Source: Solirubrobacteraceae bacterium (lineage in GTDB: Bacteria; Actinomycetota; Thermoleophilia; Solirubrobacterales; Solirubrobacteraceae). Taken from it: a stretch of DNA of 64,000 nucleotides. Each line of letters begins with the position of its first letter. Position 1 is the stretch's first letter. The notes beneath the pieces are model-generated. The model saw only the letters and a list, made by a program, of their open reading frames with translations. It ran no database searches and was not told the origin of the DNA. The position numbers were made by a program, and so were the translations under genes. Positions 9,901 through 19,877 of this stretch are shown piece by piece. The DNA lies in the NCBI GenBank assembly GCA_036490875.1, contig DASXDA010000001.1:3402-67401 (forward strand), read 5' to 3'.

Positions 9901-11192
9901 GCCAGCAAGCCCGCCACGGTGGTGAGCAGCACCGCTCGCCTCCAGCGTCCCTGCAGCCTGCGCCAGGCCTCGCCGCAGGCGGCACCGAGCAGCCCTGCGA
10001 CCCCGAGCATGATCAGGGGAGCCGCCTTGTAGGAGGTGCGAAGGAACTGCACCACCTGAGCTCGGTTGTAGACGAAATGAAGGCCTTGCCTGAGCGGAGT
10101 GCCCTCCGGAAAGCCCGCCGCGACGATCACCACTCCGACCAGCACCAGCGTGAGCAGGAACGGCCCGTAGCGCCACCGCCGTGTCCACAGGAACCCAGCC
10201 ACCGCGAGCGCAGGAACCAGCAGCGAAGCGACTACCACGGTCGGCGTGAACAGCATCGTCGACGAGCTGCTCTGCAGCGGCAGCGCATGGCCGACGAACG
10301 CGACCCCTGCATAGCTGACCCAGTACCCCATCCCCCGGAGCACCTCCGGCACCGACGTCGTCTGCCAGATCGTGCCGGGTTGCTCGATGAAGGGAAGGAA
10401 GTTGGTGCCGTGAGCACTGCCGATCAGGACGCCCCCGATCCACCACAGAGACGCCGCCACCGACGCGAGCGCGGCCCGCCATGTGAACGCGATCGCCGCG
10501 GCCCGGCGAACCCCGATCACCGCGACCTCGTAGAGCAACAGCAGCGCGGGCGCGACCAGGACCCAGGCGACCGTGGCTGCGTTCACCCCGCCGCCGCTCG
10601 CGGCGAGCAGCAAAGCGAGCGCCGCGGGCCACCGCCAGCCGCGCGGGTTGTGGACCCCTCGGTGCACCGCCAGCAGCATCCACGGAAGTGCCGCGTACGC
10701 CACCAGGAAGATCGTCGTGCGGTTGCCGATCGTCACGACGTACGGGTTGAGCACGTACGCCAGGCCGGCGACGACGTGCTCCACCCCGCGCGAGCGCGCC
10801 AGCAGCGCGTCGATTAGCCGCACCACTCCCCAGGCACCGATCGCGAGGACCGCACCCAGCCATAGCCGGTCGACGAGCCAGTCCGGGAGTCCGAGCAGCC
10901 GGCCGATGGCGAAGAACGGGCCCATCGGGAACAGGTAGCCGACGTACTGTCCGCTCTGGACGTGCCCGAGGTCACCGGTCGGGCTCCAGGCCGACAGAAC
11001 GCTCCCGAGGAACCTGAGCGGCTCGAGATGCAGGTCGACCTTGGTCTCGAAGCTGATCTGGCCCGGTGACTGCGCGAGCGCCAGCCCGAACGACATCAGC
11101 GCGAGCACTGCTGGGATCGCCCGGCGGCGGGCGCCGGTTCTCAGCCCCGGCGCCGCGCCGCGTCTCTGGGATCTGGAGGCGACGGCGGTCAC
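6951..11192 (-). CDS. Second AftD-like (DUF3367) arabinofuranosyltransferase paralog
   Basis: 1413 aa; ETKVDLHLEP, GDLGHVQSGQYVGYLFPMGPF, TDSNRRR, FDSSPSTAW, DGYANGW; collinear with 920..5311. Confidence 0.85.
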   Translation of the reverse strand: MTAVASRSQRRGAAPGLRTGARRRAIPAVLALMSFGLALAQSPGQISFETKVDLHLEPLRFLGSVLSAWSPTGDLGHVQSGQYVGYLFPMGPFFAIGRLLGLPDWLVDRLWLGAVLAIGAWGVVRLIDALLARSRGVEHVVAGLAYVLNPYVVTIGNRTTIFLVAYAALPWMLLAVHRGVHNPRGWRWPAALALLLAASGGGVNAATVAWVLVAPALLLLYEVAVIGVRRAAAIAFTWRAALASVAASLWWIGGVLIGSAHGTNFLPFIEQPGTIWQTTSVPEVLRGMGYWVSYAGVAFVGHALPLQSSSSTMLFTPTVVVASLLVPALAVAGFLWTRRWRYGPFLLTLVLVGVVIVAAGFPEGTPLRQGLHFVYNRAQVVQFLRTSYKAAPLIMLGVAGLLGAACGEAWRRLQGRWRRAVLLTTVAGLLALAAWPLTSGDAIGLRSRGVPSAWRQAAADLDRQLPANSRAIVLPSQLFSYYTWGGTVDPVLPVLSSRPIAQRSITPWANLHSTDLLWTVDRLVQQQRLYPGELRPLLSLMGVRAVVSGTDDDRLRSGSVDPTTAASELAAQGLGQPARTYGPSRTFVTPPDQVYPAMRLPEVRRYDLSSSAGMVGVRPAGPPTIIDGSAEGLAGLAAFGGLAAQAPMFYAGDLSGAKLSALTAGGAQVVITDSNRRRVFVNSLADQNLGPTVGANDSFSADAAILDPFAARGSDDQTVQFLKGASYIRAPYSPGFVLFPEHRPFAAFDSSPSTAWLADHSLDPLQRWIEVGFTSPRDVPFIDILPYNDSRATVHAVEVAGRRFAVHPGWNHLVLDLRNVRALRVRMAAVGTPHDVPGGAGGLAEIRVPGLHVSEALRAPVLAEHELAGHDLGHVGLTYLFERTTGDDPLHRMRGHGAWQAGSTRDAGDGETGLARLFTPPAARSWSAGAWLSLSPLTLDSELDRLAGYPGPVVADSSGRFLNEGRFRASSAFDGAGSTAWVGELDPGSRPWIEWQVPRPATVSRLQLTVPAFPVQVPARVALSVDGRAGAVAPVSPDGSVRFLVPLYGRRFRLEVLKTRVPPEFASAGVRARRAVGIGEIEGAGVERMIVPRRGPLHAGCGIAAFTVGGRRVALRVIGGVPNLDRGGALRATQCSPPVALASGLQLLTAGSGVFRFNWLRLGSPAPAGIPAASGGGRVLDAGHIGRTSVTGVRVELRDRSWLVLGESYDSGWRASCDGRSLGSPVVIDGYANGWSAPAGCQAVSFTFAPQRTMVWLYALSAAVAIACLALLLFRRAPASAPPEAARLPVAARRPRVPTRAAIGLGLLAGVVLGFIFSIRSGLVIGPVVAVIAGRGISVRALILAAGALLVVVVPAIYLLDLPPNQGGYDFTYAIDLIAAHWVGVAAIVLLVVALARTLIEARVARGSPDHAS

Positions 11193-11348
11193 TTATCGGC
11201 GCCCATGACGACCCGGAACACGTCGGCACACACGAGAATCATCGCCAGTTGCGCAAACGCCGCCGGGTCGACCGGTCCTCGCAGGATTAGAACAGCCTCT
11301 GCAGCGAGCGGCTCGCGGCTGCTCGTTGCTCGATGCTGCGTGACCCTG

Positions 11349-12686
11349 CTAGCTCCCGAGGCCCGAACTGCTCTCGGACGTTCGCACGCTACGGCCGGCG
11401 CGCGGCGCACCGCCGTCCGGGTGCGCGCCGTTGCCGTTGACGGGTGTGAGCTCGCCGTCCAGGACGGGGCCGTTTCCGATTATCGACTCTGTGTCCGTCG
11501 TCGGCAACAGCTCCGGCCGGCGCATTCTGTAGCGCACACGGCCGTCGGCCGCAACCTTGTCCAAGAGCTGGAGGATCTCGCGCGCGGCCCGCTCCCAGGT
11601 AAAGCTTTGGGCCCGCTGTTCGGCGGCGGCTCCGATTCGGTCCCGCAGCTCGGATGAGCCGAGGACCTCGCGTGCGCGTGCCGTGAGCGCTGGGACGTCA
11701 TCGGCGAGCACGCCCGTCTCGCCGTCGACGATCGCCTCGGACAAACCGCCAACTCGGAGTGCGGCGGTGGGAGTCCCGCAAGCCGCGGCCTCCATCACCG
11801 TGAGTCCCCAGCCTTCGGCCCCCGATGCCGTGATCGCGAGCCACGCCCGGCTGTACAGGGTGGCCTTCTGATGCTCGGGGACGAATCCATGTATCACCAC
11901 CCGCTCGCGCAGGCCTCGTCGCTCCACCTCCTCCTCGAATGCCTCGCGCTGGTCGCCATCCCCCGCAACCTCGAGCACGGCTTCGGGCACGCCCTCGAGC
12001 ACATCGAGCAGCGCCTCGAGTCGTTTGTAACGCTTCAGCCGCCCGAGGTAGAGCAGCGTCGGCACAGTTGCCCGCGGCTCTTCACTGCTCTTGATCTGAA
12101 CGCCGAGATACACGACCTCGATCGTCGCGGCCGGGACGCCCATCTCTATCAGTTCGTCGCGCGACGACTGGGAGATGGAGCAGATCGAAATGCCGCGGTA
12201 CAGCAGGCGTAGCGGCAGGCGCTCGAGCAAGAGCCCCGCGATCCGCCCGACCAGCCCAAGCTCCATCACGTAATGGCGCTGGTGGACGTGCTGGAGAAAC
12301 ACCACCTTCGGCGCGCGCAGGAATCGCCACAGCGGAGTGAAGAACGCGATCCCGTTGATCACCTCGAACACCACGTCCGCATCGCGGCCCAGGCCGCGCA
12401 GGCATGCGAGCGCGGCGCGGGGAAACACTGTCAGACGAGATCCCATGCGGTGCACCTCGAGCCCCGCACGCGGCCGCTCGACCGAGACCGAACCGTCGTA
12501 CGCGCCAGCGATGATCGTCACCCGATGTCCGGCGTCCAGCCACCTCGTGGTCAACGATCGCAGGGTCGTCCCCGTTCCACCTGCATCGGGGTGGCTCCAG
12601 TCTCGGTCGGTGAGAACGAGTACGTGCAAGGTGTTGCCCCCCCTGCACAGGTTGTCGAACCTACCTACGCCGAGGTTGTATTGCAA
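11349..12686 (-). CDS. GT4 glycosyltransferase (resembles mycobacterial Rv0225 type)
   Basis: RDWSHPDAGG N-terminus, YLGRLKRYKR, EGWGLTVMEAAACGTP; true start may be TTG 12629. Confidence 0.88.
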   Translation of the reverse strand: MQYNLGVGRFDNLCRGGNTLHVLVLTDRDWSHPDAGGTGTTLRSLTTRWLDAGHRVTIIAGAYDGSVSVERPRAGLEVHRMGSRLTVFPRAALACLRGLGRDADVVFEVINGIAFFTPLWRFLRAPKVVFLQHVHQRHYVMELGLVGRIAGLLLERLPLRLLYRGISICSISQSSRDELIEMGVPAATIEVVYLGVQIKSSEEPRATVPTLLYLGRLKRYKRLEALLDVLEGVPEAVLEVAGDGDQREAFEEEVERRGLRERVVIHGFVPEHQKATLYSRAWLAITASGAEGWGLTVMEAAACGTPTAALRVGGLSEAIVDGETGVLADDVPALTARAREVLGSSELRDRIGAAAEQRAQSFTWERAAREILQLLDKVAADGRVRYRMRRPELLPTTDTESIIGNGPVLDGELTPVNGNGAHPDGGAPRAGRSVRTSESSSGLGS

Positions 12687-12736
12687 ACTCGTGCCGGGGC
12701 GCGAGCGCGTCGCGGACGGTATCTGGCGGCGGGTCC

Positions 12737-14236
12737 TTAATGCAACTCCCGCGCGGGGTCGAGGCTCTCACTGCGGGAACCCCGTCCGCGCAGCCCTCCG
12801 AGCAACTCGCCCATCAAGCGGCGTTCGCTGCGGGTGATCGCGATCATGTAGACCACGACGAACAAAGCGAGCTCAAGAGCCGCCTGGACCACGGGCCGTC
12901 CATCTCCCCAGGACGCGACACGGACCAGCACGACCGATCCCGCCGCCGCGAGCACCGGCATCAACGCCGGCCTGACGATGGTCGCGTACCGGACACCGGG
13001 CAGCAGTCGCCTGACGTAGTAGCGCCGGACGGCCGCCACCACCAGCACGCCAACGATCCGCCCGGCGACGAATCCGCCTGCCCCCGCCAGCAGCAGCCCG
13101 GGGATCGCCAGGATCAGGAACATGACCGCACCGACGCACGATTCGATCGCGGCTGGCCGGTTGTCGCCGCGGGCGCGATAGAACGCGAACCAGTTGAAGC
13201 CGAGCTGCGCGATGGCGGTCGCGACCGCCAGGCCCTGCACGAGCACGACGGCCGGGTGCCAGCGCGGACCCAATATCAGGCGCTGGACGTCGGGCGCGAA
13301 CAGGACCAAGGCACCGCTGAATGGCATAACCCACAGGAGCGTCGCTCGGTTCGACTTGACGAACAGCTCCTCCAGCCGGCGGGTGTGGTCCTTGATCGCG
13401 CAGATCGCGGGATAGATCGCCGCTGTCACGATCTGGTCGGCACGGTCGACGTAGCGGGTGAGCAGTACTGCGAGCGTGATGAACCCGGCGGCTGCGAGGC
13501 CGCCGTGAAGCTTGAACGTAAGCGTCTGTCCCTGGGCGATCAGCAGCGCCGCCACAGCTGTCACGAATATCGGCGCGGAGAAATGCAGATAGCGGCGCGC
13601 GGCCTGACCGTCGAAGCGAAGCCTCAGTCGGTACGGCGATATTCGGACCCCGGCCGTGATTGCCACGGCATAACCCGCCGCCTGGCCGATCACGATGCTC
13701 CACACGCCGACACCGACCAGCGCGAGCGGAACCGTCACCACAATCGCCACCGCGGGCTGGACCGCCTGCAGCGAGCGTTGGCGCGCGTAGTCCATGCGCC
13801 GGAAGAAGACCCACATTGGCGCCTGCAATGCGAGGGCCACGGGCAGGTAGGCGAGCGCCGCTGTGATCCCCACGAGCCGATCGTTACGCCACACGAGCGC
13901 GACCAACGGCGCCAGTGCTGCGATCGCAACAGCGCAGGTCGCCGCAAGCGCGAGATCGAGCGTGAATGCGATCTGGAACTCTCGCTCCTGGTCGGGCTCC
14001 TCCTGGGCCACGAATGCCTCGTCGATCCCGACCCGCTTTAGTCCGATCAGCGACAGCGCAAACACCGAGGCGATTCCGTAGAGACCAATCTCGCTCGGAC
14101 CCAGCACGCGCGTGACGATCAGCCCCTGGGTCAGCACGAGCACGTCGATCAGCACGACGAACGTGCCCGCGATCACCACTCCACGCATCGTCCTATGTCG
14201 CAGCTCAGTGGATGGAAACGGGAAGCGGTCGCTCAT
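12737..14236 (-). CDS. Oligosaccharide flippase (Wzx/MOP family)
   Basis: TRVLGPSEIGLYG, ~12-14 TMs, LILGPRWHPA. Confidence 0.85.
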   Translation of the reverse strand: MSDRFPFPSTELRHRTMRGVVIAGTFVVLIDVLVLTQGLIVTRVLGPSEIGLYGIASVFALSLIGLKRVGIDEAFVAQEEPDQEREFQIAFTLDLALAATCAVAIAALAPLVALVWRNDRLVGITAALAYLPVALALQAPMWVFFRRMDYARQRSLQAVQPAVAIVVTVPLALVGVGVWSIVIGQAAGYAVAITAGVRISPYRLRLRFDGQAARRYLHFSAPIFVTAVAALLIAQGQTLTFKLHGGLAAAGFITLAVLLTRYVDRADQIVTAAIYPAICAIKDHTRRLEELFVKSNRATLLWVMPFSGALVLFAPDVQRLILGPRWHPAVVLVQGLAVATAIAQLGFNWFAFYRARGDNRPAAIESCVGAVMFLILAIPGLLLAGAGGFVAGRIVGVLVVAAVRRYYVRRLLPGVRYATIVRPALMPVLAAAGSVVLVRVASWGDGRPVVQAALELALFVVVYMIAITRSERRLMGELLGGLRGRGSRSESLDPARELH

Positions 14237-14254
14237 TTGCCCAGGAACCTGACC

Positions 14255-15679
14255 ATGGATAATCCTGTGGTGCCTCGGCGCCCTCCAGCCACACGTCGAA
14301 GCCTGACAGCTATCGCCCTCGGGGTGCTAGTCGTGGCGCTCGCGCCGGCCGCCGCGGAGGCCCGCGGCCTGACCCTCGGGTTCAACTCCGACCCGGCGCT
14401 GATCGACCCACCTACTCCATCGAATCAGTTCACGATCGACCACGGCCTCGCCGCGGGCGCCGGGATCGTTCGCATGAACCTGTGGTGGTCCTCGGTAGCC
14501 CCGATACGCCGGCCGCGCCGATTCGCGGCGGGCAATCCTCGCGCCGCAGGGTATCGCTGGGGCCCGACCGACACGATGGTGCGCGCGCTCGCCGCGCATG
14601 GCCTACGAGTGCTGATCAACGTCAGCTACGCGCCCCGCTGGGCCGAGGGTCGGCACCGTCCCAGAAGCGCCCGAGCGGGCACCTGGGAGCCGGACCCAGT
14701 TCAGTTCGGGCTCTTCGCCAAAGCCGCGGCGCGGCGTTACGGCGGGAGGTTCCCGGATCCGCTGGCGAGAGGGCGGAAGCTGCCCCGGGTCCGGTACTGG
14801 CAGGCGTGGAACGAGCCGAACCTGGAGTATTACCTCGGGCCGCAATGGACCCGCACGCGCCACGGCATGGTTGGGACGAGCCCGGTCCTCTACCGCACGA
14901 TGCTGAACGATTTCTACGCCGGAGTGAAGGGAGTCTCCCGTTCGAACGTAGTAATCACCGCAGGCGCCGCGCCGTACGGCAATCCATGGGGGACGAGCAT
15001 TCGTGGCCGCGGCTACCGCATGCAGCCCGTGACCTTCGACCGGCTGCTGTTCTCGGCGCCGGTGTGGACCGATGTCGTCGCGCAGCATATGTATCCCTAC
15101 GGAGGGCCGCTGTGGCACGCGGCGCTGTCCGCGGACGTCGCCGTGCCCGACCTCCACAAGATCGCCAGCGTGGTCCACGCGGCCGCGCGCGCAGGGAGGT
15201 TGCTACCTCGCGGCCCCAAGCGGCTGTGGGTGACCGAGCTCGGCTGGAACAGCGATCCGCCGGATGCGGGCGCAGTCCCTCTCGACCAGCAGGCACTTTG
15301 GTACGAGCAGGCGCTGTACGAGCTGTGGCGTCAGGGAGTCGACACCGTGCTCCTGCTGATGATGATTGACCCCGACCACGGACCGTGGGAGGCCGGGGTG
15401 TACTTCGGGAATGGTCAGCCGAAACCCGCCGCGACCGCGTTCCGGTTCCCGTTCGTGACCGCACGCTCGGGCCGCCGCGCGGTGCTCGCATGGGGCCGGG
15501 CGCCGGTCGCAGGGTCGTTGACGATCGAGCGGCTCGACCGAGGACGCTGGAAGATCCTCGCCACGCTGCAGGTGGAGTCGCGTCAGGTGTTCACTCGCAG
15601 GCTGGCGTTGCGCGGTGCGGCCGTGCTGCGCGCCTCCGTCGGTGGGCAAACCAGCTTGGAGTGGACGCAAGCCCGTTAG
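14255..15679 (+). CDS. Secreted clan GH-A glycoside hydrolase (GH39/GH5-like)
   Basis: Signal peptide ending AAAEA; WQAWNEPN acid/base and LWVTELGW nucleophile motifs. Confidence 0.78.
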   Translation: MDNPVVPRRPPATRRSLTAIALGVLVVALAPAAAEARGLTLGFNSDPALIDPPTPSNQFTIDHGLAAGAGIVRMNLWWSSVAPIRRPRRFAAGNPRAAGYRWGPTDTMVRALAAHGLRVLINVSYAPRWAEGRHRPRSARAGTWEPDPVQFGLFAKAAARRYGGRFPDPLARGRKLPRVRYWQAWNEPNLEYYLGPQWTRTRHGMVGTSPVLYRTMLNDFYAGVKGVSRSNVVITAGAAPYGNPWGTSIRGRGYRMQPVTFDRLLFSAPVWTDVVAQHMYPYGGPLWHAALSADVAVPDLHKIASVVHAAARAGRLLPRGPKRLWVTELGWNSDPPDAGAVPLDQQALWYEQALYELWRQGVDTVLLLMMIDPDHGPWEAGVYFGNGQPKPAATAFRFPFVTARSGRRAVLAWGRAPVAGSLTIERLDRGRWKILATLQVESRQVFTRRLALRGAAVLRASVGGQTSLEWTQAR

Positions 15680-15692
15680 TCGCGCGGCAGGC

Positions 15693-17261
15693 TTACAGCG
15701 GGATGTTGCCGTGCTTGCGCTTCGGCCCCGCGACGCGCTTGTTCTGGAGCGTCTCGAGCGCGGTGATCAGCTTCGGCCGGGTCTCGTGCGGCACGATCAC
15801 GTCGTCGATGTAGCCCCGCTCGGCGGCGACGTACGGGTTCGCGAAATGCGCCTTGTAATCGTTGATCAGCTTCTGCCGGCGGGTATCGGGCGTGGGCGAG
15901 TCCTGGATGTCGCGGCGGTAGATGATGTTGACCGCACCCTCCGGCCCCATCACCGCCACCTCGGCCGTCGGCCAAGCGAAGTTGAAGTCGGCGAGCATGT
16001 GCTTCGAGGCCATGACGTCGTACGCGCCGCCGTACGCCTTGCGCGTGATCACGGTGATCTTCGGAACGGTCGCCTCGGTGTAGGCGTACAGAAGCTTCGC
16101 CCCGTGGCGGATGATCCCGCCCCACTCCTGGTTGGTGCCGGGCAGAAATCCGGGGACGTCGGTGAACGTGATCAGCGGGATGTTGAACGCGTCGCACGTG
16201 CGGACGAACCGCGCGGCCTTGTTCGAAGAGTCGATGTCGAGCACGCCGGCGAGCTGGTTCGGCTGGTTGCCGACGATTCCGACGGAGTAGCCGTTCAGCC
16301 GCGCGAACCCGCAGACGATGTTGCGCGCCCAGTGCTCGTGGACCTCGTAGAACTCGCCGTCGTCGACGATCAGACGCACGACGTCGCGCATGTCGTACGG
16401 TTTATTGGAGCTGTCGGGGACGATCTGGTCGAGCTCGGGATCCATCCGGTTCGGGTCGTCGGTTGGGATCACCCGTGGCGCCGTCTCGAGGTTGTTCTGC
16501 GGCAGGAAGCTGAGCAGGTAGCGCGTGTCCTCGAGGCAGGCGTCCTCGTCGTCGCAGGCGAAATGCGCGACGCCCGACTTCGTGTTGTGGGCCATCGCGC
16601 CGCCCAGCGACTCGAAGTCCACCTCCTCCCCGGTGACCGTCCTGATCACGTCGGGGCCGGTGATGAACATGTGGCTCGTCTCCTTGACCATGAAGATGAA
16701 GTCGGTCATCGCCGGCGAGTACACGGCGCCACCCGCGCACGGGCCCATCACCAGGCTGATCTGCGGGATCACGCCGCTGCACATGACGTTGCGGACGAAC
16801 ACGTCGCCGTAGGCGCCGAGCGACACGACGCCCTCCTGGATCCGGGCGCCGCCGGAGTCGTTGATCCCGATCACCGGGCAGCCGATCTTGGCCGCCAGGT
16901 CCATGATCTTCACCATCTTCTCGCCCATCACCTCGCCGAGCGAGCCGCCGAAAACGGTGAAGTCCTGGCTGAACACGCACACGCGCCGGCCGTCGATCGT
17001 GCCGTGGCCGGTGACGACGGCGTCGCCCCACGGACGGTTCTTCTGCATGTCGAACTCGTGCGTGCGGTGGCGCACGAACGTGTCCAGCTCCTGGAACGAG
17101 CCGGGGTCGAGCAGCTTCTCGACCCGCTCGCGAGCCGTGTACTTGCCCTTCTCGTGCTGCTTCTCGACGGCCGCCTTCGAGCCGGCGTGCAGCTGCTCGT
17201 CGCGCAGCTCCTGAAGCTGCTCGAGCTTCTCCTCGTAGGTCTCGGGGGCCTTGTCGCGCAT
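15693..17261 (-). CDS. pccB: Acyl-CoA (propionyl-CoA) carboxylase beta subunit
   Basis: [37 protein letters not shown]-terminus. Confidence 0.93.
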   Translation of the reverse strand: MRDKAPETYEEKLEQLQELRDEQLHAGSKAAVEKQHEKGKYTARERVEKLLDPGSFQELDTFVRHRTHEFDMQKNRPWGDAVVTGHGTIDGRRVCVFSQDFTVFGGSLGEVMGEKMVKIMDLAAKIGCPVIGINDSGGARIQEGVVSLGAYGDVFVRNVMCSGVIPQISLVMGPCAGGAVYSPAMTDFIFMVKETSHMFITGPDVIRTVTGEEVDFESLGGAMAHNTKSGVAHFACDDEDACLEDTRYLLSFLPQNNLETAPRVIPTDDPNRMDPELDQIVPDSSNKPYDMRDVVRLIVDDGEFYEVHEHWARNIVCGFARLNGYSVGIVGNQPNQLAGVLDIDSSNKAARFVRTCDAFNIPLITFTDVPGFLPGTNQEWGGIIRHGAKLLYAYTEATVPKITVITRKAYGGAYDVMASKHMLADFNFAWPTAEVAVMGPEGAVNIIYRRDIQDSPTPDTRRQKLINDYKAHFANPYVAAERGYIDDVIVPHETRPKLITALETLQNKRVAGPKRKHGNIPL

Positions 17262-17305
17262 CGAGGCCGACGAGTGTAGGTGGTCGGAACTGTGATCGAC
17301 GGCGC

Positions 17306-17941
17306 TCAGCCGCGCGAGAACGGCCGGTGGTGCGCCGTCCCGAGGCTCTCCAGCGCGGATGCGAGGACCTCCGAGGCGTCAGGCGTCGGGTTCGGCTCGA
17401 GATGCACGGGCTGGACTGCGACGGGCTCGGGTTTCACGGGCTCGGGTGCCGGGGTCAGCTCGGGCTCGGGGGCCTTCAGCTCCGGTTTCGGCGGCAACGC
17501 CGGCTCCGGCTCCTCGGCGACCATGCGCTCCGGCTTGAAGAGCAACCGCATCCGGTAGAAGAACCCGGACCGCGGGCGCTCCGGCGTCGTCGGCTGCTCT
17601 GGCGGCGCTGGCTGCTCCGCCACGGGCTCGGGTTCGGCCATGGGCTCGGGCGTCGGTTCGGGCTCCGGCTCCGGCTCCGGGGCCCGCGCCTCGGGCTCGG
17701 GCGCGTCGGGCTCGACCGCCGTCAGTGTCACCCGCGTTCCCCATCCGGATGGCTCGATCCGCACCGTGCCGCTAACGCGCTCGCCCTCCCAGGCAACGGC
17801 GGTCTCGGGTTCGAGTCTCGTGATCCGGATCTCCCCAAAAGACCCATCGAGGTGCCGGGCCAGCGACGACGCGTCGCTGCACTCGGTCCAGAGCTCAGGC
17901 GGGGACTTGACGAGGGTCCTGCTCGCTTCGTGCTGTGACAT
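17306..17941 (-). CDS. Hypothetical protein: SRPBCC-like N-terminus plus Pro/Glu-rich linker
   Basis: [11 protein letters not shown]...[10 protein letters not shown] then PE repeats and a short C-terminal [12 protein letters not shown]. Confidence 0.65.
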   Translation of the reverse strand: MSQHEASRTLVKSPPELWTECSDASSLARHLDGSFGEIRITRLEPETAVAWEGERVSGTVRIEPSGWGTRVTLTAVEPDAPEPEARAPEPEPEPEPTPEPMAEPEPVAEQPAPPEQPTTPERPRSGFFYRMRLLFKPERMVAEEPEPALPPKPELKAPEPELTPAPEPVKPEPVAVQPVHLEPNPTPDASEVLASALESLGTAHHRPFSRG

Positions 17942-18056
17942 GCCTCAGGGTTCGCCTGACCCCGTTCGACTCCTTCAGCGGTCCTCGGCTTGCAAGGCCG
18001 ATGGCTTACAGCTAGCGCTTCTTCGCCCGCCCCACGTCCCTGCACGGCGAAACGCG

Positions 18057-19676
18057 TCAGAACGTCGGCTGATACTCGCCGAAAACGTCGCGCATCGCGG
18101 CGCATACCTCGCCGAGCGTGCAGCGGTCCTTGAGCGCGGCGCGGAGTACCGGCAGCAGGTTGTCGGTGCCCCGGGATGCGGCCCGGATCTCCTCGAGCCG
18201 CTGCTCGACCACCGCTGCGTCCCGGTCGGCCTTGAACGCCTTCAGCCGGCCGACCTGCTCGCGCTCGGACTCGGGGTCGACGCGGAGGATGTCGGGCACC
18301 TCGGGGTCGTCGTCGACGTACTTGTTGACGCCGACGACGATGTCCTGCCGGATCCGGTAGCGCTCGTGGTACCCGAACGCCGATTCCTCGATCTCGTTCT
18401 TGATGAAGTCGATCGCGTTAATCGAGCCGCCGAGCTCGTCGACCTTCGCGATCAGCTCGCGCGCGCTCGTCTCGATCTCGTCGGTCAGAGCCTCGACGAA
18501 GTACGAGCCCGCGAACGGGTCGACCGTGTCGGCAGCACCCGACTCGTAGCCGATGATCTGCTGCGTGCGCAGCGCGATCTTGGCCGCGCGCTCCGTCGGC
18601 AACGCCAGCGCCTCGTCGAACCCGTTGGTGTGCAGCGACTGGGTGCCGCCGCAGACGGCCGCGAACCCCTGGAGCGCGACGCGCGCAATGTTGTTCTCGG
18701 GCTGCTGGGCGGCGAGCGTCACGCCGCCGGTCTGCGTGTGGAACCGCAGCCGCCACGACCGCTCGTCCTTGGCGCCGAACCGCTCGCGCATGATCTCGGC
18801 CCACATCCGGCGGGCGGCACGGAACTTCGCCACCTCCTGGAATACGTTGTTGTGGCCGTTGAAGAAGAACGCGAGCCGGGGCGCGAACTCGTCGACAGCG
18901 AGCCCGGCGTCGAGCGCCGCCTGCACGTACGCGGTGCCGTTGGCGAGCGTGAACGCCACCTCCTGGACCGCCGAGCAACCCTTCTCGCGGAAGTGGTAGC
19001 CGGAGATCGAGATTGTGTTCCACTTCGGAACGTTCTGCTTGCAATAGGCGAACAGGTCCGTCGTCAGCCGGATCGCGCCCTCGGGCGGGTAGATGAAGTT
19101 GCCACGGGCTATGTATTCCTTGAGGATGTCGTTCTGCGTGGTCCCTCGGAGCTGCTCCGCGGGGACGCCCTGCTCCTCGCCGACGAGCTCGTACAGAAGC
19201 AGCAGCACGCTCGCGGGGGCGTTGATCGTCATCGACGTCGAGACCTGATCGAGCGGGATCCCCTTGAACGCGACGCGCATGTCGTCGATCGAGTCGATCG
19301 CGACCCCGGTCCGCCCGACCTCGCCGAGGCACCGCGGGTCGTCGGAATCGAGGCCGAGCTGGGTCGGGAGGTCGAACGCCATCGACAGCCCCGTCGATCC
19401 GTGCTCGAGCAGGTAGTGGTAGCGCTCGTTGGACTCCTTCGCGCTCGCGTACCCCGCGTACTGCCGCATCGTCCACAGCTGCTTGCGGTACATCTCGCGG
19501 TGGACGCCGCGGGTGAACGGATACTCGCCGGGCTCTCCGAGGCGCTCGGGCAGCGCCTGGGGAAGGTCTTCCTCGTCGTAGTGCTGCTTGATCTCGATCC
19601 CGGAGTCCGTGAACCGCCGCGGATCGTCGGGACCGACGATCGGCGCGATTGTGCGGTGCTCGTCGGTGGTGGCCAT
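18057..19676 (-). CDS. Methylmalonyl-CoA mutase, substrate-binding (N-terminal) subunit
   Basis: [37 protein letters not shown]; no DxHxxG B12-binding domain. Confidence 0.92.
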   Translation of the reverse strand: MATTDEHRTIAPIVGPDDPRRFTDSGIEIKQHYDEEDLPQALPERLGEPGEYPFTRGVHREMYRKQLWTMRQYAGYASAKESNERYHYLLEHGSTGLSMAFDLPTQLGLDSDDPRCLGEVGRTGVAIDSIDDMRVAFKGIPLDQVSTSMTINAPASVLLLLYELVGEEQGVPAEQLRGTTQNDILKEYIARGNFIYPPEGAIRLTTDLFAYCKQNVPKWNTISISGYHFREKGCSAVQEVAFTLANGTAYVQAALDAGLAVDEFAPRLAFFFNGHNNVFQEVAKFRAARRMWAEIMRERFGAKDERSWRLRFHTQTGGVTLAAQQPENNIARVALQGFAAVCGGTQSLHTNGFDEALALPTERAAKIALRTQQIIGYESGAADTVDPFAGSYFVEALTDEIETSARELIAKVDELGGSINAIDFIKNEIEESAFGYHERYRIRQDIVVGVNKYVDDDPEVPDILRVDPESEREQVGRLKAFKADRDAAVVEQRLEEIRAASRGTDNLLPVLRAALKDRCTLGEVCAAMRDVFGEYQPTF

Positions 19677-19877
19677 AGCGGGCAGGTTACCCGTGGGCTG
19701 ACGGATGGGCGCGGTCTCCCGCCGAGGACCCTCAGCGACCCGTTTCAGGCACGGTCCGGCGCTCGACGGAGACCGAGCCGCTCAGGGGTCGGATCTCGAC
19801 CCCTTTTCGGGCTCGCACGTGGCCCGTGGGCGGACCGAGCCGCATAGGGTCGCGACCCGGTCATTACGATCGGCCCG

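Noticed and set aside
15615-19847. Long plus-strand ORFs (554 aa, 735 aa) and similar antisense ORFs elsewhere
   Set aside because: Expected antisense open frames opposite high-GC3 genes; no recognisable motifs
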